Below are positions 48,560 to 61,419 of a stretch of DNA of 64,000 nucleotides, piece by piece. A program made the position numbers and the translations under genes. Source of the stretch: Mobula birostris (lineage: Eukaryota); assembly GCF_030028105.1 (NCBI RefSeq), contig NC_092374.1, forward strand, positions 175,050,057 to 175,114,056. Direction: 5' to 3'. Under the pieces are notes generated by a model, which was not told the DNA's origin, made no database searches, and saw nothing but the letters and a program-made list of their open reading frames with translations. Positions within the stretch are counted from its first letter, which is position 1, and each line of letters opens with the position of its first letter.

Positions 48560-49940
48560 TTAACGAGAGCTTGAAATAACAAGATAAAGAGTCCTTAAAG
48601 TGAGATAATTGTTTGTGGGAACACAGGAAGTAGAATGAATGTGGTTATCTCCTTTTGTTCAAGAGCCTGATGGTTGAGGGATAGTAACTGTTCTTGAACC
48701 TGGTGATACAAATTCTCTTGTACCTTCTACCTGATGGCAGTGGTGAGAAAGGAGCCTGGCCTGGGTGATGAGGATCTTTGATGATGGGCAACATTTCCCT
48801 GACAACATTTCGTGTAGATGTGCTCAATGGTTGGGAGGGTTTTATCCATGATATACTGGGCTGAATCCACTACCTTTTGCAGGACTTTTTGCTAAAAGGG
48901 CATTGGTGTTCCCATACCAGCCAGTCAGCACACTTGTCACCACACATCTGTAGAAGTTTGCCAAGGTTTTGGATGACATGCCGACTCTCCGCAGACTCCT
49001 GAGGAAATAGAGGCACTGCCATGCTTTCTTCACAATTATATTTATATGCTAGATCCAGGACAGGTCCTCTGAGATAGTGACACCCAGGAATTTAAAGTTA
49101 CTGTCCCTCTCCACCTCTGATCTTCCAGTGATTACTGACTCATGGACCTCTGGTTTCCCTCTCCTGAAGCCCACAATCAGTTCCTTGGTCTTATTGACAT
49201 TGAGTGAGAGGTTGTCGTTAGTACACCACTCAGCCAAGTTTTCAATCCCTTCCTGTATGCTGATTCATCACCCGCTTTGATACAGCCCACAACAGTGCTG
49301 TCATCAGCAACCTTGTACATGGTGTTGGAGCTGCACTTAGCCACACAGTCACAGGTGTAAAGGGCTGAGTACACATCCCTGCGGTGCTCCTGTGCTGATG
49401 GAGATTGTGGAAGAGATGTTTTTTGCCAATCTGAACTGACTGGGGGTCTACAAGTAAAGGAATCCAGGATCCAATTGCACAAGGGGGTATTGAAGCCCAG
49501 GTCTTGGAGTTTACTGATCAGTTTTGAGGGGGTGATGGTATTAAAAACTGAGGTGTAATCAATAAAGAGCATCCTGATGTATACATCTGTGTTGTCCAGA
49601 TGATCCAGGGTTGTGTGAAGAGCCAATGAGATGGCACTTGCTGCAGATCTGTTGCTTTGGTAGGTGAATTGGAGCAGACCCAAGTCGTCACTCAGACAGG
49701 AGCCGATATGCTTCAACACCAGCCTCTTAAATCACATTATCATTGTGAGTGTAGGTGCCACCGGGCGAATGTCATTGAGACAGGTTACCAGGCTCTTCTT
49801 GGGCATCAGTATGATTGAAGCTTGCTAAAAGCAAGTGGGTACCACACATTGCCAGAGCGAGCGAGAGGTTGAGGATATCCGTGAATACACCAGCCAGTCG
49901 GTCAGCACAGGTCCTCAGTACTCGGCCAGGTGATTTAGAT
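48560..49940 (-). mobile_element. Decayed Rex1/Babar-type LINE
   Basis: [34 protein letters not shown] and YKVADDS. Confidence 0.85.
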
Positions 49941-49972
49941 ATTCCCACATTTGCTGACACAGAACGTGCTGG

Positions 49973-51418
49973 TGTCATGGGGCGGAGCACAGGAGGACCC
50001 AAACACGAGACACAGTTACTGAAGTAGTAGGAATTGGACCATGTTTATTAATGGTTACAAGGAAAGCAGAGAAGCAAGGATTGTTCAGAGGGAAATCAAG
50101 GAGTAAGCAAAACAGAAGTGGGAATGAGCGTATCTGGACTCAGACTTAGGCCCTGGACTAGACTGGGACTCAGGGCTTGGGCTAGGACTTCGACTTAGGA
50201 CTAGGAACACGGGACCCGGACGTGGAACTTGGAACTAGAAACCTGGACCTAGATTGGGACTCAGAAGCTGGGTCTTGACTGGGACTCGGAACTGAGGTCT
50301 TGACTGCGACTCCAAACCTGGGTCATGGCTGGGACTCTGAACCTGGGTCGTGGCCGGGACTCTGAACCTGGGTCGTGGCTGGGACTCTGAACCTGGGTCT
50401 TGACTGGGACTCTGAACCTGGGTCGTGGCCGGGACTCTGAACCTGGGTCGTGGCCGGGACTCTGAACCTGGGTCGTGGCTGGGACTCTGAACCTGGGTCG
50501 TGGCCGGGACTCGGAACCTGGGTCGTGGCCGGGATTCTGAACCTGGGTCGTGGCCGGGACTCTGAACCTGGGTCGTCGCTGGGGCTCGGAACCGGGGTCT
50601 TGGCTGGGACTCTGAACCTGGGTCTTGACTGGGACTCGGAACTGGGGTCTTGGCTGGGACTCTGAACCTGGGTCGTGGCTGCGACTCTGAACCTGGGTCT
50701 TGACTGGGACTCGGAACCGGGGTCTTGGCTGGGACTCTGAACCTGGGTCGTGGCTGGGACTCTGAACCTGGGTCTTGGCTGGGACTCTGAACCTGGGTCT
50801 TGACTGGGACTCTGAACCTGGGTCGTGGCTGGGACTCTGAACCTGGGTCTTGAATGGGACCCTGAACCTGGGTCTTGACTGGGACTCGGAACCTGGGTCT
50901 TGGCTGGGACTCTGAACCTGGGTTGTGGCTGGGACTCTGAACCTGGGTCATGGCTGGAACTCTGAACCGGGGTCTTGGCTGGGACTCTGAACCTGGGTCT
51001 TGACTGGGACTCAGAACCTGGGTCGTGGCTGGGACTCGGGACTTGGATCTATGATTGGACTCGACTCGGAGCCGGGACTCTTCTTGGATACAGGATACAG
51101 AACTGGGACTCTTCCTGGACACAGGACATGGAGCCAGGATTCTTCCTTGGATACAAGACACAGAGCCAGGACTTTTCATTGGACACTGGACACAGAGCCA
51201 AGCCTCTGGGTGTGGGTTCTGATGGGGTTACTGACGAGGATGGTCCAGCAAGGAGTCACTGGATCCCAGAGCTATTTATGTTGCCAGCCCGAAACAAGAA
51301 CCATGTGCCTCAAATTAAGGCGCCCAACGGAATAAGGGAAAAAAGGAATAGCTGGAATATGGAATCCACGGATGGGACTGTGAACTGGAATGCGGACTTT
51401 ATAGACCGGACCGTGACA
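49973..51418 (-). mobile_element. Solo LTR expanded by an internal minisatellite
   Basis: TGTCA...TGACA termini, 5-bp TSD GCTGG (49968-49972, 51419-51423), and reversed AATAAA and TATA-like signals. Confidence 0.8.
50256..51040. repeat. 25-bp minisatellite, about 31 copies
   Basis: Unit gggactctgaacctgggtc(g/t)tg(g/a)c(t/c). Confidence 0.95.
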
Positions 51419-52599
51419 GCTGGGGCTCTGACATATCATAAGGATGCAAAGGTGACAACAGTAATAAATGGGGTCTTCACAGGGTGGGCCCCACAATTGT
51501 CAGTGCTTGGGCCATGGATGTCACAAAGTACATCAGAGATTGGATGCAAGGGACTAAATGCAATTGTAATGCGCTGTAAGGTTTCACTGTTAATGTAATG
51601 GCCTCTCTGTAATGTTTCCCTGCTAATGTAGCAGCAATATTTGGGTTATATTTTTAGTCAGAGGGTGGTGAATCTATGGAATTTGTTGCCACGGGCAGCA
51701 GTGGAGGCCAAGTCATTGGGTGTATTTAAGGCAGAGATTGATAGGTATCTGAGTAGCCAGGGCATCAATGGTTATGGTGAGAAGGCGGGGGAGTGGGACT
51801 AAATGGGAGAATGGATCAGCTCATGATAAAATGGCAGAGCAGGCTCGATGGGCCGAATGGCCGACTTCTGCTCCTTTGTCTTATGGTCCTTTGGTCTTAT
51901 GGGCTAGAGATAACGGGGGTTTGGAATGTGTGCCATCTAATGAGAGGCATGTTGTTTTCTCTTGTGGGTCTGAGAGCAGGGATTTCACGGTCTTTTGTTG
52001 ACGAGAGACGAAGAGGGAAGATGTGAGTGGAGAGATTTGGTAGTCCGGCGGATGGAGTGGGTTTGGAGAGAGGGTCCGAGGAGCGTCGACACTCGGGGGA
52101 GGTCGATGGGGAACGAAAGGATGGAACCATGAGCTCCAGCGTGCACATCAGACTATTTCATTAAACTGGGCCCTTTTTATTTTTATTTTCTTTAGTAACC
52201 CTATAGTCAGATTAAGATTTATAAAGTTCAATCGTATAATTGCAGATGGCGTACTGTCTGATACTTTGAGGTTCGGATTTGTAACCGGGTAACACATCAC
52301 ACAGCATCCACACCAACGAGATTTCTCAGTTCGGCGGGGCCAGAGGCTGCCTTTCCCTAGACAAAGGCATGCTGGTCAGACCTGAGGGTTACACAATGTT
52401 TCTAAATTTGACAGCGCCACACAACTGCTGAATCGTAAGGAGGAAGCAAAGATGCTTCAACATAACATTAAAGTTGAACGGGTAGTAGATGTGGTGCAGT
52501 GTAGAATATATTTAGTAGGAAAGGCAGGGAGGTGAGGATCATTTAAATAGTGAAGGATTACAAAGTGCTGCTGTATAAAGGGATCCAGTGGTACCCATT

Positions 52600-52834
52600 T
52601 TCACAACTCCCCAGATCCTATCACCCACCTAACGGCACGATTCTACCACTATGCACATTTTACAGCCACCGATACACGCGTCTTTTGAGATGTTCTGAGG
52701 AAGCTGGAGCATCCGGGGGAAACTCACATGGTCACAGAGAGAACATGCAAACTCCACACAGACAGCACTGTGGGTCAGAGTGAACGTGGGTCTCTGGTGC
52801 TGATGGGTCTACACGCTGCACCATTGTGCCACCC
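52600..52834 (-). mobile_element. tRNA-derived SINE (HE1/V-SINE-like)
   Basis: Head gggtggcacaatggtgcagcg and core gctgtctgtgtggagtttgcatgttctc. Confidence 0.7.
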
Positions 52835-52914
52835 AGTGCAGTTTGGTCTGCGAATTGAAAACTGCCCATGATGGATACTGTTGTGGATTTGTAACAAAAC
52901 ATTTCACATCTTGC

Positions 52915-52988
52915 AGGCACCACTGAGACTTGAACTCAGGATCTCCTGTTTACTAGACAGGCGCTTTAACCAACTAAGCCATGGTGCC
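52915..52988 (-). tRNA. tRNA-Thr (AGT)
   Basis: GGCACCATGGCTTAGTTGGTTAAAGCGCCTGTCTAGTAAACAGGAGATCCTGAGTTCAAGTCTCAGTGGTGCCT. All four stems pair, A and B boxes are present, and a TTTT tract lies about 16 nt downstream. Confidence 0.93.
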
Positions 52989-53039
52989 AGCTCAGAGCTT
53001 CAGTTCAGTTTCAGCACACCAGTCTCTGAATGCAAATGT

Positions 53040-53720
53040 GCAGGTATCGCAAGCAGTTGCAGAGGCAACACGCACAAAATGCCGGAAAAATGCAGCAGGT
53101 CAGGCAGCATCCATCAAAATGAATAAACAGTCGACGTTTCCGGTCAAGACTCTTCTTCAGGGCTGAAAAGGAAAGGGGAAGACATCAGAATAAAAAGATA
53201 GAGAGAGGGGAAGGAGGATAGCTAGAATCTGATAGGTGAAGCCAGGAGGGTAGAAAAGCTCGAGGGCTGGAGAGGAACGAATCTGAGAGGAGAGGAGAAT
53301 GGACCATAGGAGAAAGGGAAGGAGGAGGGGACCCAGGGGGAGGTGATAGGCAGGTAAGAAGAGGTAAAAAGACAAAAGTGGGGATAGAAGAAGAGGGAGG
53401 GAAAATAAGCACCGGTAGGAGAAATTGATATTCGTACCATCAGGTTGGAGGCTACCCAGACGGAATATAAGATGTTGTTCCTCCACCCTGAGGGTGGTCT
53501 CATCTTCGTGCAAGAGGAGGCCATGGACTGACATGTCAGAATGGGAATGGGAGTCAGAATTAAAATGTCTTGCCACCGGGCAGTTCTGCTTTTGGCAGAT
53601 GGTGTGGAGGTGTTTGATGAAGTGGTCCCCTAATTTACGACAGGTCTAACCAATGTAAAGGAGGCTGCATTGGGAGCACCAGATACAATAGACAACCCCA
53701 GCAGATTCACAGGTGAAGTG
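53040..53720 (-). mobile_element. Penelope-like element 3' part (GIY-YIG C-terminus and pLTR with a decayed hammerhead)
   Basis: ARHFNSDSHSHSDMSVHGLL..EEQHLIFRLGSLQPDG.N, and CTGAAGA...GAAACGTCGACT at about 53128-53165. Confidence 0.85.
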
Positions 53721-55889
53721 TTGCCTCACCTGGTAGAACTGCTTGCGGCCCTGAATGGAGGTGAGGGAGGAAGTGAATGGACAGGTGTAGCACTTGAGGG
53801 AAATCATACATTGGTCATTATTGCAAGAGAATTGGATGTAGAAACCGTATTATACTGGGCCTTGGTGAGATCCCGCATCATTCAAATTTGTCCTTAATCT
53901 ACATCCGATTGCCATAGAGACCAGTCTTGTGGGTACCTTGGAACTTTCTGCACTACCATGGAGACAATCCTGGAGTTAGCTCAGTTATTGATCGAAAATG
54001 ACAGCTGCAAACAATAGCCTGTAACTTCACTTTCAGAGTTGAGCTTTTGAACCACCTGAACAGCTTGCTATTTTTGTGGTGTGAACTGAAGTCTTGGAGG
54101 TGCAGGACGGTTGTGGCGTGGATCATGTACGGGCCGAATAGAGGCAGCAGGGCCCAGGCCTGAGAGGGAGGGATGTATGGCCATTGTGGAGTGGGCAGAG
54201 GCAAGACAGAGTCGAGGTGGCAGAGTTCGGGCCAGAGAGAGAAGAGCAACCCACTGTTTGGCTGATTTAAGTCCTGGGGAGGATTGTAAAGGTCAGGGTG
54301 TCGGGGCTGGAGGAGAGTTACAGGCTGCTTGCAAGTTTTACTCATCTCTGTGCTGATCTGAGGCTCTGGGCTACAACTAAGGGGCTCCTCAATTGTCCCT
54401 GAATCACTTTGTGGCTGTGGACTCACTTTTGTGAACTTCAGCTCTAAATGTTATTTGCTTACTTTTATTGATGGCATGGTTTGACTTTGTTTTGCACATT
54501 GGGTGCTTGATGGTCTTTTTTTTAATTGATTCTGTTGGGTTTCCTTATTTTGTGACTGCCTGTAAGGAGACAAATCTCAAGGTTGTATGCAGTATGCATA
54601 CTTCAATAATAACTATATTTTGAACTTTGAACTTTGTTATCTCCAGAAACTTTCCCACAGTGGTTTCATGCACTATTCTTCCCAAGAGCGTTATGCCCTT
54701 CTTGGAGAAAGTGCAGGAAAATGGTGCTGATGCCAAAGTTCAATCATTAACTTGTTAGATGTCAGGCAATATCGATGGCCTCTTCCTATTTCTTATGTTT
54801 ACATTTGTGCCTTTCAGTTGCCAAAAGCACGTCATCTCACATCCACTGGGTTGAATTTCACCCACCCCGTGTCTTCCCAGGTCACCAATTTGTCTAAACA
54901 CGTCATTAGCTGGAGAGGATTGGGATGGACAGAGGCTGGGAAAGGTCCCATATAAACGTTTCTTCCTTGCTACGCTGTTTGGGCAACTTAAACACCGGCC
55001 CAGATAGATGTGAAAGGCAGGGTGTCGGGATTGGAGGTGAGAACCAATTTTGATCGCTCTCCCACGATGTTTACTCCTCTCTCTCCATGGTGCTGAGGCT
55101 ATGAAGACTGCCCCAGCTGCTGTACTCCATACCTGCCAATATGATGAACTGATACCGAGGCTTTGGCCTACTTCAGTCTGCTCTGGGGTCAGATCTAAGG
55201 ATTCACTTGGTTCGGGAATGTTGTTGCTCACTTAAATTGTTTGCATGATTTGTATTTTCCGCCCCTTTCTTTGCGTATTGGGTGTTAGTCTTTATTTTAT
55301 TCTTTTAAATTGGGTTCTTTCAGGTTTCTTGCTTTGTGGCTGGCTTAAGCAGACAAATCTCAAGGTTGTATAACTTATACATTCTTTGATAATAAATGTA
55401 ATTTGAAACTTTGAAACTTTGTAAGTTTACAGTATGGTGACTAGAACTGCACCCAATACGTCAGCTGTGACTGAAGCAGACTTTTATAAAGTTGTAGCTG
55501 AACCCCTCATGCTTTCGTATTTTGTCCCCAAGCTAATGAAGACAAGTATGACAAACGGCTTCTTCACCACTCTACTCCTCTGTGCTGCCTCCTTCAGGCA
55601 TCTTTGGATTTGTATAACCAGGTCCCTCCATTCCTCACTGCATGTGTCCAACCCTTATTATTCCTCCCAAAGTACCAAAATACACCATTTCATAATTATC
55701 TAGATTAAATTCTATCTGACATTACTCTGTCCATCTTGACAAACCTCTTCACTATTAACAGATCTCTGACTTTTACCGATTACATCCAGTTGTAACTCAA
55801 ATAACCCCACGTTACAACAGTGATATGCAGAAGAGCATCTCTGAATGCAGAACATGTCGAACCTTGAAACGGACGGGCTACAACAGCAG

Positions 55890-56056
55890 ACTCAGTGGCC
55901 ACTTTATAAGTTACTTTTGTTAGGTACACTCGTGAACAATGCTGAACCTCTTGACCATGTCTGCATGCTTTTATACATCGAGTTGCTGCCACGTGACTGG
56001 CTGATTAGATATTTGCATTAATGTACAGGTGTATAGGAGTACCTAATAAAGTGTGT
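55890..56056. mobile_element. Short Tc1-derived MITE remnant, same TIR family as 12042-12717
   Basis: cagtggccacttta at the left end and gtacctaataaagtg at the right end, followed by (TA)n. Confidence 0.6.
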
Positions 56057-57799
56057 ATATATATATATATATATATGTACAGTATAGTGTATATAGCCAA
56101 CAGTGGATACAGTTTCTATACCTGGCATATGCTTCTTCCTTCAGTTCTGAACATCTCCTGATATCAAAGTTCCTCCTTACCTTTCACCCTAATGAAAACA
56201 CAAGGGCCCTGAACTCTCTCTGCTTCATTTTGAAATGAATTGCCTCCCCCCCACCATTTATCTGCTGTAGACTTACCTGCATGTAGCTGTTCCCAGTTTA
56301 CTTTTGCCAGGCACTGTTTTGTGATATTGAAATTGACTTTCATTTCCAGACTCCTTTTGCCTCCTCTCCAATCAGACTGCCTATGTAATGGTTCAAAATA
56401 AAAACTCTCCAGGATGTTCTTTTGAAATTTTGCCCCCTCTGTGCTTTCCACACTGAAGTAAACCCATTTAACACTGTTAGAGTTGAAATCCGCTACTACT
56501 GCAGCCCTGCGACATTTTCACCTCTGTATCAGTCCACATATCTGCTCCTCTGTCTCCTGTTGAGAGTCATGAGGCCTATGGTACTGCACCAGCAAAGGGG
56601 CTGTCCTCTTTATATTCTCAAACTCTGCCAAATTGCTTCATTTGAGGTCCTTCTGAGATATCCTCCCTCTTATTGCGGGAATGAATCTGTGATAGATATT
56701 GCAGTCACACCTTCTCTTTACATCCCCGATCATGGATGAGGGTTCTTCACCATAAGACCATAAGACATAGGAGCAGAATTAGGTCAACTGGCCATCAAGT
56801 CTGCTCTGCCATTCACCCTAGGATGTTGGACTGCCCATCCTGCCCTCCCTTCAACCATGTCTCTGAGACTGCAACAAAAACCTATCCTGATTATTGCTTT
56901 AAATTCATCTGCCTTACAGACCTGAACACCTTGCTCTAAAATAAGTGCACATTAGTTTGCATTCCTCGCATGTGCCGAATCATAGTCATGTCTGCTCTGC
57001 CCAAGGCATTGGCTTCTTGCCTTCTCCACTTGACTGCACCTCCCACTCCAACTGAACACCCACCCTTTGTCTCATTGCCCTGCTAGCTTAGGATGAACCC
57101 TGTCCAACAGCAACAGCAACCCTCCCTGCAAAGACACTGGACCCGGTCCTGTTGAGGAGCATCTTACACAGGTCCTGCTGTCCCCAGGAACCGTCCCAGT
57201 GATCCATAAATCTAAAGCCCTCCCCCCATGCCATTCCTTTAGCCAGACATTCATTGGATCTGCCCTACACTCATGACATTGTCATTCAGAAATCATAGCC
57301 TCGTGTGTTCTGCTCTTTATTCTGTAGCCAAGCTCCCTAAATCCTTGATGAAGGATCTCAGACCGTGATTACCTGTGTAGACCATGATCTCTGGCTTCTT
57401 GCCTCCCTCTGCTGAATCCCTGTATCACTTTCGTGACATTCATGGTGTTGACATGTCAGATCTTGGATTCACATTTACTCTTGGGTCTGGCCAGTGCGGC
57501 CCTTTGCAGGAGTAGCCAGCAGCCATGAATGGTCTGTCCAAGCTGAGGCCTCCCCTCTTCTGTGAGTACATCCATGCCCGAGCGCCCTGGCGAGGGAGCA
57601 CACTGTGTCCACAGGCTCTCTGAAGACCTTCCAGTACCTGTGGAAGGAACAAGAGCTGGAGCCTAAACTAGAAGATGAGGATCATATCTTATTGTAAACG
57701 CTGGATTGTATCTCATTCTAAATGTTGTTATAAGTTATTTTGAAGAAAGAAAACAACAAGGTGGACACAATCTTTAAATTGACAGAGAATGAAGCTCTC

Positions 57800-58332
57800 T
57801 CTGTACTGTCACTTCACACTATCCCGTGGTCAGACACAGAGTGAAGCTCCCTCTATACTGTCCCATCACACACTTATGGGGTCAGACACAGAGCGAAGTT
57901 CCCTCTACACTGTCCCATCACACGCTCCCAGGGTCGGACACAGAGTGAAGCGCCCCTACAGTGTCCCATCACATACTCCCGTGGTCAGACACAGAGTGAA
58001 GCTCCTTCTATACTGTCCCATCACACACTTATGGGGTCAGACACAGAGCGAAGTTCCCTCTACACTGTCCCATCACACGCTCCCAGGGTCGGACACAGAG
58101 TGAAGCGCCCCTACAGTGTCCCATCACATACTCCCGTGGTCAGACACAGAGTGAAGCTCCTTCTATACTGTCCCATCACACACTTATGGGGTCAGACACA
58201 GAGCGAAGTTCCCTCTACACTGTCCCATCACATACTCCCATGGGCAGACACAGAGTGCTCCCTCTAACTGTCCCATCACACACTTCTGGGGTCAGACACA
58301 GAGCGAAGCTCCCTTTACACTGTCCCATCACT
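57800..58332. repeat. About 52-bp satellite with a 155-bp three-monomer higher-order period
   Basis: Unit gtcagacacagagtgaagctccctctacactgtcccatcaca; identical phase recurs at 57876, 58031 and 58186. Confidence 0.9.
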
Positions 58333-59748
58333 GAGTTGCTGAGTGAACACAAGGTCCTTCTGACACTGTGAGCCAATCAGAAGGCAGCCTGCTAGTTTTT
58401 GGGGCTGGCGTTGAGCCTGTGATGAATCCATTAGTTTGACAATGTCTTCCTTTGCAGGAACAGCCTTACATTCACCTGAAAATCAGGTCTGTGGGTTTGG
58501 GGTGTGGGAGGGGCAGCAATGATACTCCACATCAGAATGTGTCCACCTTCCTGGAGAGACAGGGTCCCTGACACCTTCATTGGAGGAGGGATGGGGAGAA
58601 TGATGGGGGCTATGTCAGAGGCATGAAACAGAACTGCAGATCATTACATGCATTACATTACAGAATGGAGAACAGTGAACCGAGTGTAATGCATCATGGG
58701 TCTTGTCCGCATTCCTATGGTTACCACGGATATGGCAGCTCCTTCTATGGAGCCCGGAGATAACAGAACTTGGAGACCATCTTTCAGTTCTAGTCCATGT
58801 CAACCTTGGTGTACTCTGATCTAGTCCCATTTGCCTGCACTTGGACCATATCACTTTAAATGTTCTTATCTATGAATCATTCCAAATGTCTTTTAGATGG
58901 AATTGTAGCTGCTCCATCCACTTCCTCTGGTAGTTCATTCCACATACCTACCACCTTCTGTGTGAAAGATTTGCCCTTCACATCCCCTTCAAATCTTTCC
59001 CCTTTCATTTTACACAGTTCCCTCTAGCTTTAGGCTCCCCCACCCTCGGAAAAGGTCTGTGACCATTCACTTGATCTATACTTCCTGGTGGTTATGCCGC
59101 TGGTGTGTAGGGCAGGAAATGCAGGTCCTCCATCTCTGGCCGTCCTTGGCCATTCAGAGGTAGAAGGATTCTTTATTGCTATTTCCCTAACAGTTTTGTT
59201 TTACCAGTCAGGGTTGTTAGCCCTGAGCTGAACCCCCAAACCTGGAGGACCGGTAGACTACTCTTAGTCTGGCCTCTGTCCATTAGTTTGTATGGCATGG
59301 GTGCCCATACCAAGAGCCAAAGAATAAAACCCTGACTCCAGCCAACATAGCTCTCTGGATGATTGAGACACGCAAGCCCCCAAACCATAACATGGTTGTA
59401 GTCCTCTTGGAGGCACCTGATCTGTGCCCGCATGAATTAAAAAACTCCTAGGAGATTACCTCTCATCCTCCTAACTCCAGGGAAAGCACTCCTAGCTTGT
59501 CCTGTCTCTCCCATATCTCAAGCCCTCCACTCCAGGCAACATCCCAACGGATCTCATGTGCATTTTTTTTCTTGCACTACCACACAATATTTTAAGTGTT
59601 AACTAACCAATGTCTTGCATATCTACGACAAAATGTCCCAACTCTCATACTGAATATTCATGTTTAGGCAAGCAGGTGAAACACCTTGTTCACCAACATA
59701 ACCACCTGTGTCACCAAGCTGAGGCTGGACTTGTGTGTACATATTAAT

Positions 59749-60793
59749 GAGTGGAGTGAAGGGACGGGCAGGGGAGTGAGGTGGAGTGAAGTAACAGGGA
59801 GGGGAGTGAGGTGGAGTGAAGGGATGGGGAATGGGAGTGAGGTGGAGTGAAGTGACGGGCAGGGGAGTGAGGTGGAGTGAAGTGACGGGGAGGGGAGTGA
59901 GGTGGAGTGAAGGGACGGGGAGGGGAGTGAGGTGGAGTGAAGTGACGGGCAGGGGAGTGAGGTGGAGTGAAGGGACGGGAATAGGAGTGTAGTGGAGTGA
60001 AGTGACGGGGAGGGGAGTGAGGTGGAGTGAAGTGACAGGGAGGGGAGTGAGGTGGAGTGAAGGGATGGGGAATGGGAGTGAGGTGGAGTGAAGTGACGGG
60101 CAGGGGAGTGAGGTGGAGTGCAGTGACGGGCAGGGGAGTGAGGTGGAGTGAAGGGATGGGGAATGGGAGTGAGGTGGAGTGAAGTGACAGGGAGGGGAGT
60201 GAGGTGGAGTGAAGGGATGGGGAATGGGAGTGAGGTGGAGTGAAGTGACGGGCAGGGGAGTGAGGTGGAGTGAAGTGACGGGGAGGGGAGTGAGGTGGAG
60301 TGAAGGGACGGGGAGGGGAGTGAGGTGGAGTGAAGTGACGGGCAGGGGAGTGAGGTGGAGTGAAGGGACGGGAATAGGAGTGTAGTGGAGTGAAGTGACG
60401 GGGAGGGGAGCGAGGTGGAGTGAAGTGACAGGGAGGGGAGTGAGGTGGAGTGAAGGGATGGGGAATGGGAGTGAGGTGGAGTGAAGTGACGGGCAGGGGA
60501 GTGAGGTGGAGTGCAGTGACGGGCAGGGGAGTGAGGTGGAGTGAAGGGATGGGGAATGGGAGTGAGGTGGAGTGAAGTGACAGGGAGGGGAGTGAGGTGG
60601 AGTGAAGGGATGGGGAATGGGAGTGAGGTGGAGTGAAGTGACGGGCAGGGGAGTGAGGTGGAGTGAAGTGACGGGCAGGGGAGTGAGGTGGAGTGAAGGG
60701 ATGGGGAATGGGAGTGAGGTGGAGTGAAGGGACGGGGAGGGGAGTGTAGTGGAGTGAAGTGACGGAGAGGGGAGTGTAGTGGAGTGAAGGGAC
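59749..60793. repeat. G-rich 30-31-bp minisatellite
   Basis: Unit gtgaggtggagtgaagtgacgggcagggga, with variants. Confidence 0.95.
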
Positions 60794-61419
60794 AGTGGCA
60801 TGCAGGGCCAGAGGGCAGGACCATTTTGAACAGAGATGACGAAGAATTTCTTTAGCCAAAGGAAGCTGACCCTGCAGAATTCTTTGCCAAGGATTTTTTT
60901 GCAGGTCAAGTCATTGCTACTAAGAAAGAGAAGGCTCAGGAGCCTGAAGAAACACACTCAACATTTCAGGAACAGCTTCATCCCCTCCACCATCGGGTTT
61001 TGTACGAGCAATGAACCCGTGTACAGTACATTAGTATTTTTCCTCTCTTTTGGACAACTTTTTAAATTTTTTTTATTTTCTATGTATACATCTGTCTGTA
61101 ATTTATAGTTTTTATTATTATGTATTGCAATGTAATGCTGTGATAAAACAAGGAATTTCACAACATAAATCAGTGATACGAAGCCTGATTCTGATCCTGG
61201 GATTTATTTAAAATGGAGTTCGATAGGTTCTTGATTAGTCAGGAAACCAAAGGTTATGGAGAGAAGGTGAGAGAATGGGGTTGAGTGGGATAATAAATCA
61301 GCCATGATGGAATGGCAGAAAGTACTGAATGGGCCAAATGGCCTAATTCTGCTCCTTTGCCTATAATCTAAGAATGTTCCTACACAGATGTAAAGCTCTG
61401 CAGCTGTTCGCTCCTTGTT

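Noticed and set aside
50235-51598. 314-aa and 207-aa repetitive ORFs
   Set aside because: They arise from the 25-bp array inside a solo LTR.
54755-55703. 158-aa (-) and 89-aa (+) ORFs as host genes
   Set aside because: The second is antisense to decayed CR1 sequence, and the first has no recognisable motif or splice support.
57420-57645. Possible minus-strand exon after the acceptor ttccttccacag; also a 29-nt candidate exon at about 58458-58486 (+)
   Set aside because: No frame gives a recognisable protein and no partner exons were found.
59623-60957. Three 370-444-aa His/Pro/Ser-rich ORFs
   Set aside because: All three minus frames are open simply because the C/T-rich repeat lacks stop codons.
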